From Candidatus Saccharimonadota bacterium (GTDB taxonomy: Bacteria > Patescibacteriota > Saccharimonadia > Saccharimonadales > JAICHO01): a stretch of DNA of 64,000 nt. Positions within the stretch are counted from its first letter, which is position 1, and every line of letters begins with the position of its first letter. The position numbers and the translations under genes were made by a program. The stretch is taken from NCBI GenBank assembly GCA_025924835.1, contig JAICHO010000001.1:2553-66552 (forward strand), written 5' to 3'. This document shows positions 1-9,530 of the stretch, piece after piece. The notes below the pieces were generated by a model, which was given only the letters and a program-made list of their open reading frames with translations, had not been told where the DNA came from and searched no databases.

Positions 1-2020
1 GATTGGCGACACGTTCCTCGCTCATTTCGCTGACATGCACCAGGCCGTCTTTGCCAGGCAGTATCTGTACGAACGCACCAAAATCCATAACTGTCATAAC
101 CGGTACGTTAGTATAGATTGTGCCGACTTCCGGTTCGGCCGTAATGTCACGGACCATCTTGATAGCGGCATCAATAGAGGTTTTGTCAGGACTGGCAATC
201 ATCACGGTGCCGTCATCTTTAATATCAATTTCGGCTCCCGTCTGGGCGATGATCTTGTTGATAGTTTCGCCGCCCTTGCCAATCACCTCGCGGATTTTAT
301 CGGGGTTGATCTGTATGGATTCTACGCGTGGCGCGTACGGGCTTAGCTCTGCCCGGGGGGCGGCAATCGTATCAACCATGTGTGACAAAATAAACATGCG
401 GCCGTCGCGGCTCTGTTCTAGTGCCTTTTGCAGTATCTCCACAGGCAGACCGTGGACTTTCATGTCCATCTGCAAGGCCGTTATACCCTCCGTCGTACCT
501 GTAACCTTAAAGTCCATGTCTCCGGCAAAGTCCTCGGCATCGGCAATGTCACTGAGTATGTACGGCTTATCACCGTCCAGCATTAGCCCCATGGCAATCC
601 CGGAAACGGGGCGCTTCAGCGGCACGCCGGCATCCATCAGTGCCATGCACGATGAACAGGTGGCGGCCATACTGGTGCTGCCGTTCTGGCTCATGATCTC
701 GGTTACGGAACGGATCATGTAGGGGAATTCAGCCTCGGTAGGCAGTACGGCGGTCAAAGCCCTCTCTGCCAGATAACCGTGGCCGATTTCACGACGCCCC
801 GGCGAGCCCAAGCGGCGAACTTCGCCAACGGTATAACCCGGTGCGTTGTAGTGATGCAGATACCGGCGCTCGCCTTCGCGCTCCATGGTATCAACCAGCT
901 GGACATAACTCAGCGGTGCCAAGGTTACTATATTCAATGCCTGGGTCACGCCGCGGGTAAACAAGGACGAACCATGCACACGGGGCAAGATGCCGACCTC
1001 ACTGGACAGCGGCCGGATTTCATCAAGCTTGCGGCCGTCAGGACGGATTTGGTCACTCACAATACCCTTGCGGACGTCTTTGTGTAGGGCCATGGTGAAG
1101 GCTTCGTCATAATCTGCCCGTTTAACCCCGTAGTCCTCCCCTATTTGCTCCGCAAATTCAGCGTGAAACTTGTCCCGCAAAACTTTAATTAGTTCATTAC
1201 GTTCAGGGTATGGGGTACGCAGGGCCTCCCCCAATTTACCGTCTACCCACTTTTCTACTTCAGACAGAATAGAGTCGTCTGGCAGTACTAGCTCGTATTC
1301 ATGCTTGGTCACACCGACTTTAGCGGCTAGTTCTTCTTGCAAGGCAATGGCGGGCTGCATGGCTTCAAAAGCGCTCTGCATAGCATCAGTAATCTGTTGT
1401 TCACTGACTTCGCTGGCACCAGCTTCTACCATCATAATGCCATCTTTGGTACCGGCCACCACTAAATCAAGCATACCCTTGTCTAGTTCCTCCGGCGAGG
1501 CAAATGCCTTGAATTTGCCGTCTGCCAACCCGACGCGAAGTCCAGCTACAGGACCGTCAAATGGCGCGCCAGTCAGCATAAAGGCAGCACTCATAGCAAT
1601 CATTGCCACCATGTCTGGCCGGAATCCAGGGTCCATGCTCAGTACCGTAGCCACGCCTTGCACTTCCTGCCGGTAGCCTTTGGGCCACAAGGGACGAATC
1701 GGGCGATCAATCAGGCGGCCGATCAAGATAGCGTCGTCAGATGGGCGGCCCTCGCGCTTAATAAACCGCGAGCCACTGACTTTGCCCGAAGCATACATTT
1801 TTTCTTCATAATCTATTGATAGCGGAAAATAATCCATGCCGCTAATCGAGCGGTCACTGACCATGGCCGTCCCAAGCACGACCGTGTCACCATAACGCAC
1901 CAGCACGGATGCCGAGGATCTAAAGCCGACCCGGCCTACTTCCAGGCTCAGTGTCCGGCCGCATAACTGCGTTTCTACTTTAATAATATCTTTGCCAAAG
2001 GGGTTAATGATCTGTCCCAT
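1..2020 (-). CDS. pnp: Polyribonucleotide nucleotidyltransferase (PNPase), 3' end runs off the window
   Basis: Manual minus-strand translation from ATG at 2020: MGQIINPFGKDIIKVETQLCGRTLSLEVGR...DYFPLSIDYEEKMYASGK...REGRP...RREIGHG...NGSTSMA...MDFKVTG; KH/S1 region near the window start. Missing from the ORF track because it is open-ended. Confidence 0.96.
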   Translation of the reverse strand, partial: MGQIINPFGKDIIKVETQLCGRTLSLEVGRVGFRSSASVLVRYGDTVVLGTAMVSDRSISGMDYFPLSIDYEEKMYASGKVSGSRFIKREGRPSDDAILIGRLIDRPIRPLWPKGYRQEVQGVATVLSMDPGFRPDMVAMIAMSAAFMLTGAPFDGPVAGLRVGLADGKFKAFASPEELDKGMLDLVVAGTKDGIMMVEAGASEVSEQQITDAMQSAFEAMQPAIALQEELAAKVGVTKHEYELVLPDDSILSEVEKWVDGKLGEALRTPYPERNELIKVLRDKFHAEFAEQIGEDYGVKRADYDEAFTMALHKDVRKGIVSDQIRPDGRKLDEIRPLSSEVGILPRVHGSSLFTRGVTQALNIVTLAPLSYVQLVDTMEREGERRYLHHYNAPGYTVGEVRRLGSPGRREIGHGYLAERALTAVLPTEAEFPYMIRSVTEIMSQNGSTSMAATCSSCMALMDAGVPLKRPVSGIAMGLMLDGDKPYILSDIADAEDFAGDMDFKVTGTTEGITALQMDMKVHGLPVEILQKALEQSRDGRMFILSHMVDTIAAPRAELSPYAPRVESIQINPDKIREVIGKGGETINKIIAQTGAEIDIKDDGTVMIASPDKTSIDAAIKMVRDITAEPEVGTIYTNVPVMTVMDFGAFVQILPGKDGLVHVSEMSEERVAN

Positions 2021-2041
2021 TTATGCCTTTCTATGAGTGGT

Positions 2042-2122
2042 CCTTGCTTGCAGGGTGCAAATATACTGTTGCCCTTGTGCTGCATAACGTGGCACGTGTA
2101 TATCTGGTCTCCGCAAACAAAG
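2042..2122 (-). promoter_or_regulatory. Long hairpin in the pnp 5' leader
   Basis: On the minus strand CUUUGUUUGCGG pairs with CUGCAAGCAAGG (12 bp with GU), and CAGAUAUAC pairs with GUAUAUUUG (9 bp). Confidence 0.6.
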
Positions 2123-2181
2123 ATGGTTATTTAATGTGCACAAGTTTATCCCGATGAGCTCGGGACTATAATCTGTACAAA

Positions 2182-2448
2182 TTACTTTCTAAGACCAAGC
2201 TTTTCTATAAGTGATAGGTAAGCTTTGCCATCCTGCTCGGCCAAGTACTTCAGCAGACGTTTGCGCTTGCCTACAGCCTGCAGTAAGCCGCGGCGAGCCA
2301 TAAAATCATGCTTGTTTAGCTTTAAATGCGCCGTCAGTTCCTTGATGCGCTCCGTAAGTATCCCTACCTGTACGGCTGGACTGCCTGTATCTTTTTTGTC
2401 TCTCTGTAAGTCAGCAACAATCTTGCTTTTCTTTTCGGTTGAAATCAT
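2182..2448 (-). CDS. rpsO: 30S ribosomal protein S15
   Basis: DTGSPAVQV...HLKLNKHD...RRGLL...GKRKRLLKYL; conserved rpsO-pnp order. Confidence 0.98.
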   Translation of the reverse strand: MISTEKKSKIVADLQRDKKDTGSPAVQVGILTERIKELTAHLKLNKHDFMARRGLLQAVGKRKRLLKYLAEQDGKAYLSLIEKLGLRK

Positions 2449-2579
2449 CTATTTCCAATCTGTTAGGTAATAAGAGTTTGTGATGGCGTTACGCCTATAT
2501 TATCACAGCCGCCCCTGTTAGGCAAGTATTAATTTAGCTAGACAACTTCCAGCACGTGTTAGCTGACGAGGATTAAAGA

Positions 2580-3023
2580 TTATTCCGTCCATACTATGAA
2601 AGGGTGCAACGGCTTAAGCAGCCCGACTATATCCCTCAGGGGTGGTTCATACTCTGGCTTGAAACCGGGGCTTGTACTCTGCACAACTAAATGTGCACCT
2701 GGGCCGTCATTTTCATACCAATATAAGCTGCCGACCGGAATGCTACTTTTTTCGCCCACTACCAGCCTGCGTTCATGACGTACACCTTCGGCCAAGTCTA
2801 CCGCTATAAGCCTGCCCAGCCCGTCTAATATCCTGTCATTAAAAGGTTCGCCGGTTATAAGCACGCACGGTTCAGTCGCCGACCGGACGGTCATCAGGAC
2901 ACGGTCGTCCGGACCAAGACCAGGCCCAGCCACGGGGATCATGTCAAAATCTACGTTATCATGCTGAAAAGTCTCCGGCTTGCCAGCGGTTTCGTCTTTA
3001 CCTAAAAATTCCTCATAAGACAT
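2580..3023 (-). CDS. Hypothetical protein (orphan)
   Basis: 147-aa ORF filling the gap between core genes; TATAAT just upstream. Confidence 0.7.
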   Translation of the reverse strand: MSYEEFLGKDETAGKPETFQHDNVDFDMIPVAGPGLGPDDRVLMTVRSATEPCVLITGEPFNDRILDGLGRLIAVDLAEGVRHERRLVVGEKSSIPVGSLYWYENDGPGAHLVVQSTSPGFKPEYEPPLRDIVGLLKPLHPFIVWTE

Positions 3024-3046
3024 GACAGTACTATATTATATCACTA

Positions 3047-4726
3047 TTACTGCGTATTAGCAATACCCGAGAGGCCGATTTGGACTGTTTCGCCGCCAAG
3101 GTTGCGCACAAAGTAACTGTCATGAGAGATATAGAGAATGGCGCCGTGGTACTGCCTCAGGGCATCCTCCAGCTCCTCAATACTAGGCAAATCAAGATGA
3201 TTGGTCGGCTCGTCCAGGATAAGCATATGCGGGTCGTTAGCTAACATCTGGATAAGCTGGAACCGAGCTTTTTGGCCGCCGCTGAGACGGGATATCGGCA
3301 TCTCCCCATCCGTAGCCGGGTTAAACAAATAGTCGCCTAGGAACTGCTTGATCTTTTGCTCATTGATAATCAGCCCACTGTCACGGCAAGCCTGTTCGAT
3401 GGCATCGTGCAGGCTCATATCCAGATACTTTGAGTCAATTTCTTGTTCGTACACACCGATACTAATAGCCGGTTCGATGGCTATGTGTCCACCGTATTGC
3501 TCAGACGCTGTTTTTGAATCTGTCGCTTTGGCTAATATAGCCTTAACCAGTGTTGATTTGCCAGCTCCGTTACGGCCGTGTAGACGCAGGCGTTCGCCTT
3601 CACGCAAACTAAAACTCACATCCTTAAAAAGCGGCTGGCCTCCGTAACCCAAGCTTATGTTGCTGACCTCCATCAGTAATCTGTCCGATTTGGTGTCCTG
3701 GCTTCGTGTCCGGACTTTGATGTTGCGCGATTTATGCTCTTGGTAGGCGCTGCTCATTTTGGTGTTCAGACCAGTCACTGACTCGCGGTCAATCCAGAAC
3801 GACGGCTTATCTTTGCCCTGCAGTACATTCAACTCCGTTTCGGCCTTGGTTTGGAGAGATTTGAAACGCTGGATCGTGCCAGGATCACGTGAGCGTTCCT
3901 TGAGCCGGCGGAAACGGATGACTTCTTCTTTGAGATTAGAGATACGGCGCTGGGTGATTTCGTATTCGTTAACCGCCGAAACGACTTTGTTGGCATTGAT
4001 ACGCAAATAATCATCGTAGTTGCCCGGAAAGTTAAACACCTGCCCATCACGAATTTCCACAACTAAATCTACTGCCCGTAACACATCCCGGTCATGAGTA
4101 ATAACAACGACTGCGTCTTTGGTCGTATTGAACCAATCCAGAAATACTTCTTTGGCGGCATAGTCCATATGGTTAGTCGGCTCATCAATCAGGGCCAGAT
4201 CAGCCCGGGCATGCTGAACCTTGACCAGCTCAATGAATCGTTTCTGGCCGCCGGATAGGTTGCCCAATGTACCGTTAATCTGTTCCTGGTTTAATTGGTA
4301 AGCCAGCAAGCTGCGAACTATTTCTTCTTCAACCATGAAATAACCGAGCACGTTAAAGCGTTCCAGTGCCTCGCTGTATTCATGCAATTTTTTCATATTG
4401 CTGCCCATTGTTTCCGGATAGGTATCCAAAATGTGTTTGAGCTTGGCATACTCCGGCAGGTCATCCAAAATATAGGCGAGTACGGGCAGTTGTTCATACC
4501 CATGAAGCTCCTGGCGCGAATTAATTACTATAAGGTTTTTCTTAAACTCAATTTCGCCAGCATAGTCCTTGTCTTCCCCGGTCAATATATGGAATAAGGT
4601 CGTCTTGCCGCTGCCATTGCGTCCAATTAGACCAACTTTTTCATGGGCGCGAAGCTGAAACGACAAATTCCGGTAGAGAATTTTGTCGCCAAACGATTTT
4701 TCGGTAACCGAGATACTGGCAATCAT
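3047..4726 (-). CDS. ABC-F family ATPase (two NBDs, no TM domains)
   Basis: Two Walker A (GRNGSGKT, GRNGAGKS), LSGGQ signatures, DEPTNH twice, helical linker. Confidence 0.93.
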   Translation of the reverse strand: MIASISVTEKSFGDKILYRNLSFQLRAHEKVGLIGRNGSGKTTLFHILTGEDKDYAGEIEFKKNLIVINSRQELHGYEQLPVLAYILDDLPEYAKLKHILDTYPETMGSNMKKLHEYSEALERFNVLGYFMVEEEIVRSLLAYQLNQEQINGTLGNLSGGQKRFIELVKVQHARADLALIDEPTNHMDYAAKEVFLDWFNTTKDAVVVITHDRDVLRAVDLVVEIRDGQVFNFPGNYDDYLRINANKVVSAVNEYEITQRRISNLKEEVIRFRRLKERSRDPGTIQRFKSLQTKAETELNVLQGKDKPSFWIDRESVTGLNTKMSSAYQEHKSRNIKVRTRSQDTKSDRLLMEVSNISLGYGGQPLFKDVSFSLREGERLRLHGRNGAGKSTLVKAILAKATDSKTASEQYGGHIAIEPAISIGVYEQEIDSKYLDMSLHDAIEQACRDSGLIINEQKIKQFLGDYLFNPATDGEMPISRLSGGQKARFQLIQMLANDPHMLILDEPTNHLDLPSIEELEDALRQYHGAILYISHDSYFVRNLGGETVQIGLSGIANTQ

Positions 4727-4740
4727 AGCGTCCTGCTAGT

Positions 4741-5424
4741 CTACCGTGTCCGCAGACCGGCCACAATGCGATCGACTGTCAGGCCATCCATATTGAGAGC
4801 ATCTTTAACGTCCCAGCTGGCAACACTCACGCGGCGGAGTCCGGACATATAAGCGCCCGTTCCTAGACACGTGCCGATGTCTTCTGCTAATGTCCGGATA
4901 TAGGTACCGGATGAGACACGAGCGGTAAATTTAATATCAGGATAGGTGTAGGACGTTAACTGCAAGTCGTAAATTGTTACTTGCCTGGGTTCAATATGCA
5001 CTTCTTTACCTGCCCGTGCCAGTTTATAGGCGCGTTGTCCGTTTACCTTAATCGCCGAGTACGCCGGCGGTATTTGCATGATTTTACCCGTAAACTGCGC
5101 TAAGGCTGATTGTATGGCCTCGGCGATGGGTTGAATATCTGAAATTGATTTTTTGTCGCCCTCGTCATCACCGGTCGTGCTGGTTTGGCCCAAACGCATG
5201 GTCACCTCATAGGTTTTATCGGCTTTACTAAATTCATGTGCCCGTTTGCAATAATCGCCCAGCACTAACACCAAAAGCCCCGTAGCCAGCGGATCCAGCG
5301 TGCCGGTATGCCCCACTTTAGGCTTTTTTATACCCGCTTCGTGTTTAATAATGCCTCTTACCTTGGCTACCACGTCAAAACTGCTCCAGCCAGAGGGCTT
5401 ATCTATCAGTAAAATACCGTCCAT
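4741..5424 (-). CDS. truB: tRNA pseudouridine(55) synthase TruB
   Basis: GILLIDKP, KVGHTGTLDPLATG, QIPPAYSAIK, SSGTYIRTL; start moved to MDGILL at 5424. Confidence 0.96.
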   Translation of the reverse strand: MDGILLIDKPSGWSSFDVVAKVRGIIKHEAGIKKPKVGHTGTLDPLATGLLVLVLGDYCKRAHEFSKADKTYEVTMRLGQTSTTGDDEGDKKSISDIQPIAEAIQSALAQFTGKIMQIPPAYSAIKVNGQRAYKLARAGKEVHIEPRQVTIYDLQLTSYTYPDIKFTARVSSGTYIRTLAEDIGTCLGTGAYMSGLRRVSVASWDVKDALNMDGLTVDRIVAGLRTR

Positions 5425-5428
5425 AGTT

Positions 5429-6013
5429 TTAGTATAGGCCAAGGGCTTGCCGGAAGGCGGGATCGGCAGGATCACCCATGAGACCGGCAATGCGGCCTAG
5501 CGGAAAGGTCCGTAGCCCTTGCGGTTCGCCGGCAGCAGTAAATTGCTCGCCGGCAATATAAAATCCCGGATTTTCCGGAGCAATTCCTTCTTCGGGTTTG
5601 CCCATGTGGCCCTCGTGCACCCCATAATATATATCCTTAGGCTTAAACAACCGCTCGACCGCTTCTACACCGAGGCCCTGTTTGTCATAATGAATGCCTG
5701 CTACTAATCCGGCCACAGGAATTTCCGTGACGCGAACTCCCGCTAAAAATGCCACGTCTACTGTGGTCGCAAATGACCGAGACCCATAATCACCGGCGTA
5801 GCCGACAACTCTTAAAAGCAACCTCCCTGCCTCCTCATTTACGCCTAACGGCTTTAGGGGCACCGGATGGACAAACCGATTAGGGTTGGCGCCACTGCGC
5901 AGGCGGATGGGTTGGCCAAGAAGCGAAATATTAACTTCTGTAATGCGCGTATACTCAGACTGAATTAACTCACTGTCTGTCGCAGCTTCAGGGAACCCAC
6001 TAGATGTAACCAT
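5429..6013 (-). CDS. Hypothetical protein (orphan)
   Basis: 194-aa ORF; TAGAAT 6 nt before the ATG. Confidence 0.65.
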   Translation of the reverse strand: MVTSSGFPEAATDSELIQSEYTRITEVNISLLGQPIRLRSGANPNRFVHPVPLKPLGVNEEAGRLLLRVVGYAGDYGSRSFATTVDVAFLAGVRVTEIPVAGLVAGIHYDKQGLGVEAVERLFKPKDIYYGVHEGHMGKPEEGIAPENPGFYIAGEQFTAAGEPQGLRTFPLGRIAGLMGDPADPAFRQALGLY

Positions 6014-6059
6014 ATGCTTATTCTAACATACTTACGCCGTTTTTACAAATTACGGCGCG

Positions 6060-7982
6060 CTACATTATGGTGGGGTCGTCACTGCCGGCAGGTGGTGCCA
6101 TAGGCGGCATCATGGGCGGCGGTACGGGTGGCGGTGCCGTAGGATCACTGACCGAGCCCGATAACTGCGCGCTGTCTTCTTGATCCTGTGTTGATGTTGG
6201 TACTACTACTGTGGGCGGCAAACCACGCCCAGACGGTACGACACTGTCAACTGCCGGAACTGTTGGGATCGGTGGTGGTAGAGGTAACGAACTATCGGCG
6301 AAAGCCGAGGCGGGAGATGTGTTAACGGCTGGGATATCACCGAGGTTTAAATCCATAGGTTGGGCGTTTAGGGATTGCACCGGCTCTAGAATTTGGGGGG
6401 TGGTAGCACTCATGGCTTGCGATACGGCATCACGGGCCGCATCCACATCAGTATCTGTGGGTATTGGCGGCTGAGGTTCGCTTGTTACCGGCTCTGTTAC
6501 TTCCATGGGCGCGCTAGATATAGATTTTTCTAAATCAGCCAGCGTCTGGGGAGCGGATTCGGTCGCAGGAAGAGTTGGTAAGGGTGGCACCGCATCGGAA
6601 GAAGACTGACCTGAATCTGCCGGAGCTGGAGCCATATCGTCAGGAGCGCTTGAAGGCTCAGGATTAAAGTCACTCAATGGCAAGGCAGGTAACGTAGCTG
6701 CTTCTGTTTCATCATCTGATGATTCAATGGCAGGAGTAGGCTCGGTCACATCTACCTGCGTTGTAGCCGCGGCGTCCTTGTCGTGGCTTAGTAGCGGTCC
6801 CCCGTTATTCAGGGGTCCCAAAATATCCGTAGCTGGTTCCAGGCTTTCGGGGTTACTGTTGGCAGTTAGAGTCCCGCCCAATGTAGGTGGCTCAAGGATA
6901 AAGCCCGAATTACCGGATTCCGGGCTTGGAGAGATTTCCTCAGTCGGTTCAGGGATTTCGGGCAACGCTGCTTCTTCCGGTTTATCACTGGGGTGAAGCC
7001 TCCCCTCGTCGTCAATGTGAATTTGCTCGGGTGGCGGAGCTGGCTCATCTTCGGCAGGAGCCTCATCCTCAACCTCAGAATGGAGCCCAAGATCTTTTAG
7101 TTGTTCGTGGTCTATTTGCAAGGTACCGGCCGGCGATTCAGCGACTGGAGGCGGCATAGGGTCACCTTCCTGGTGTTGGTCAATCTGAGGCAACTCCAGA
7201 GCTTCGTCTTCCGCCGGAACCGGAGCCGATACCGACGTAGCGGGTGGCTGCAATTGGCTGGCAACGAGTTGCTGGTTAGCTCCGGCTGACATAAGTTTGG
7301 CACTAACCTGCATTGTTTCAGAACTTGTTTTTTCGTTACTAAACCGGTTGGTTTCAGCTACGATACCGGTCAATAGCGCAGTAGACATCTGGTTATCCAG
7401 GACATCAGCCTTGATCGCCAAGCCAAGTTGCGTGAGCATTTCGCATAAACTGCTCGCCGCCTGGTCAGTCCAGTTGATACTGCCTAGCGACACATCACCC
7501 TGATTACTCATACCTATCACCGTTGCATCATGTAGAATACGTCCATGAGCCGTAATTGCCTGATCTAAATCTTCCTGTTTTTGGACGCCCAGCGCCATAA
7601 CGACATCTACATTAAAATCACCTTGGCTGAATTCCAGGTCTTTATCGCTTATTGAGGTCATGTACGGTGTAATAAAAATCTTGACCATCTGGTCTTCGAC
7701 CTTATAGCGAAGCTTGTCAGCCTTGGATTTGTCCAAAGCAATAATAAAATCACGGAGTGAGTTGGGGCTTTTTTCTAATGTTTTTTCCGGTTGCAAGAAC
7801 TGGATGGTGCTAGGAACGGCGCCACTAAAGACGGCAGTAGCATGTTTGCCCAGTTTATTAAGAAGCAGCGTTAAGCCGATAGCACCAGCTAACTGATCCA
7901 CAGACGGATTGGTGCTTACCGTTACCAATATATTTGTCGCCTGGTTAAGACGATCAGCAATCTGATTTTTTTGAGTATCCAT
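6060..7982 (-). CDS. DHH-family-like N-terminal domain (degenerate catalytic motifs) with a long Pro/acidic disordered tail
   Basis: NILVTVSTNPSVDQLAG...ASSLCEML...LLTGIVAETNRF matches the DHH fold pattern; about 390 aa of P/E/D/S/A-rich tail. Confidence 0.75.
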   Translation of the reverse strand: MDTQKNQIADRLNQATNILVTVSTNPSVDQLAGAIGLTLLLNKLGKHATAVFSGAVPSTIQFLQPEKTLEKSPNSLRDFIIALDKSKADKLRYKVEDQMVKIFITPYMTSISDKDLEFSQGDFNVDVVMALGVQKQEDLDQAITAHGRILHDATVIGMSNQGDVSLGSINWTDQAASSLCEMLTQLGLAIKADVLDNQMSTALLTGIVAETNRFSNEKTSSETMQVSAKLMSAGANQQLVASQLQPPATSVSAPVPAEDEALELPQIDQHQEGDPMPPPVAESPAGTLQIDHEQLKDLGLHSEVEDEAPAEDEPAPPPEQIHIDDEGRLHPSDKPEEAALPEIPEPTEEISPSPESGNSGFILEPPTLGGTLTANSNPESLEPATDILGPLNNGGPLLSHDKDAAATTQVDVTEPTPAIESSDDETEAATLPALPLSDFNPEPSSAPDDMAPAPADSGQSSSDAVPPLPTLPATESAPQTLADLEKSISSAPMEVTEPVTSEPQPPIPTDTDVDAARDAVSQAMSATTPQILEPVQSLNAQPMDLNLGDIPAVNTSPASAFADSSLPLPPPIPTVPAVDSVVPSGRGLPPTVVVPTSTQDQEDSAQLSGSVSDPTAPPPVPPPMMPPMAPPAGSDDPTIM

Positions 7983-8122
7983 TTTTATTTTTTGATCCTA
8001 CGCAGGGCAGATTAGCATAAACGGCAAGCCTTGTCCACTGTTAAAGTGCTTATTCCTTTACAACCAAAGCCTAACAGGGTATATTCAGAGACGATAACCA
8101 TTAAACATAAGCAGGATAAAAT

Positions 8123-8533
8123 ATGCCAATTATCAAATCAGCCAAAAAACGCGTACGGGTTGCCCGTAAGGCGACCGTCCGTAATGTCAAAACAAAGCGT
8201 GGCCTGAAGGTAGCGCTAAAAGCCTTCCACGCAAGCCTCACCAGTGGTAAAAAAACAGCTGCAGCCCACTCAAAAGCTCAAAGCCGTCTGGACAAAGCCG
8301 GTAAAAAAGGCGTTCTACACAAAAACAAAGTAGCCCGCAAAAAGAGCCAATTATCTGTTAAGGCAAAAGCCGCAGCCGGTGTTACCAAGCCCAAAGGCGC
8401 CAAAAAAGCCGTTACTAAAAAGCCAGCTGTCAAAAAAGCTGCCCCTAAAAAGGTCGTAGCCAAGAAAACCGTGGCTAAAAAACCGACTGCCAAAAAGTCC
8501 CCTGCCAAGAAAACAACAGCCAAGAAAAAATAG
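8123..8533 (+). CDS. rpsT: 30S ribosomal protein S20 with Lys/Ala-rich C-terminal extension
   Basis: MPIIKSAKKRVR...LDKAGKKGVLHKNKVARKKSQL, followed by xxAKK repeats. Confidence 0.95.
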   Translation: MPIIKSAKKRVRVARKATVRNVKTKRGLKVALKAFHASLTSGKKTAAAHSKAQSRLDKAGKKGVLHKNKVARKKSQLSVKAKAAAGVTKPKGAKKAVTKKPAVKKAAPKKVVAKKTVAKKPTAKKSPAKKTTAKKK

Positions 8534-8547
8534 CCTCTATCTGCTTG

Positions 8548-9471
8548 CTAACCCCGACAGATGGTTAGAATATAGGCCTGTAAGGCGTCGTCGGCGTCAG
8601 TAGAGGTAGTCTTAATATGTAGGTCTAAGTCCAGAAGCTGGCTTATTAATTGCGTGACTCGCGATAAGGCTAGTTCGCGGGCTATGTGCCGACTTTTACG
8701 GACCACGAATGGGCTAAGCTTGGCTTCTTTGGCAATTTCAGCGTCACTACGCTGCCCAGCACTAACAATTAAAGCTACGACGTGTAGCTGCCAGGCTAGC
8801 ATACCAATGATAGCCAGCGGCTCAGTCTTACCTGCCCGCTGCTCCTGATAGATTTTAAGAGCCTTTTTAGCATTACCGGCAAAGGCTGCGTCCAAAAGCT
8901 GAAAAATAGTGCTTTGGGGCGTCGGCTCCGTTAACAAATCTATGCTTGTACGGTTAATCTTGGGGCTGTAGGTCAAAAGTTTGGCTAGCTCACTGCTCAG
9001 TAATTGCTGGTTTAGCCCGAGCCGCTCAATAAGATACCCGGCGTCAGGCCGTCCCAATACGCCACCCTGGTTTTTAGCTTGCTCAGTCAGCCATTGTATT
9101 AAGCTGGCCTCGTCCGGTTAGTTAAACTCTTTATAGTCGGTGTTTTTTTGCAAATACTTATAGTAAACAGACCGTTTATCGAGTTTTGGCTCATGAATAA
9201 TAAGGTCGGTCGTTTCGGGCAGATTAGCCAGGAGCTGTTCGACATGAGCGACAAACTCTTTATTGACCCCTGGGTTCCTAAGTACTACCAGCTTTTTGCT
9301 GGCCAGAAACGGCAAGCTTTCTAACGCTTCCCGCATTTGATCATACTCAGCTTCTTCCCCATCAAAGCGCTGCAAACCCATATCGGTGTATTGCGTCACA
9401 AAGTCTTTAACCAGCCGGCTCAGTTCAGCTTGAACAAGAAAATGATTACTTCCCGTCAGCGTGGTTATCAT
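8548..9471 (-). pseudogene. holA: DNA polymerase III delta subunit interrupted by one in-frame TAA (true nonsense allele or sequence error)
   Basis: ORFs 9118-9471 and 8548-9057 share one frame: ...YKEFN*PDEASLIQWLTEQAKNQGG...; motifs LPFLASKKLVV, ELAKL, IFQLLDA. Confidence 0.85.
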
Positions 9472-9530
9472 AAGGATTGCCCGTTCATAGATTATTCATT
9501 GTACATTGGCGCTTCATCGTTGAACATTCA

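Noticed and set aside
35-1676. Plus-strand ORFs (103-200 aa) at the window start
   Set aside because: Antisense shadows of pnp on the minus strand.
9118-9120. Genome-wide stop-codon reassignment as the cause of the holA stop
   Set aside because: TAA ends many clear genes here (rpsO, polA, groEL) and TGA also acts as a stop. No other core gene is interrupted.
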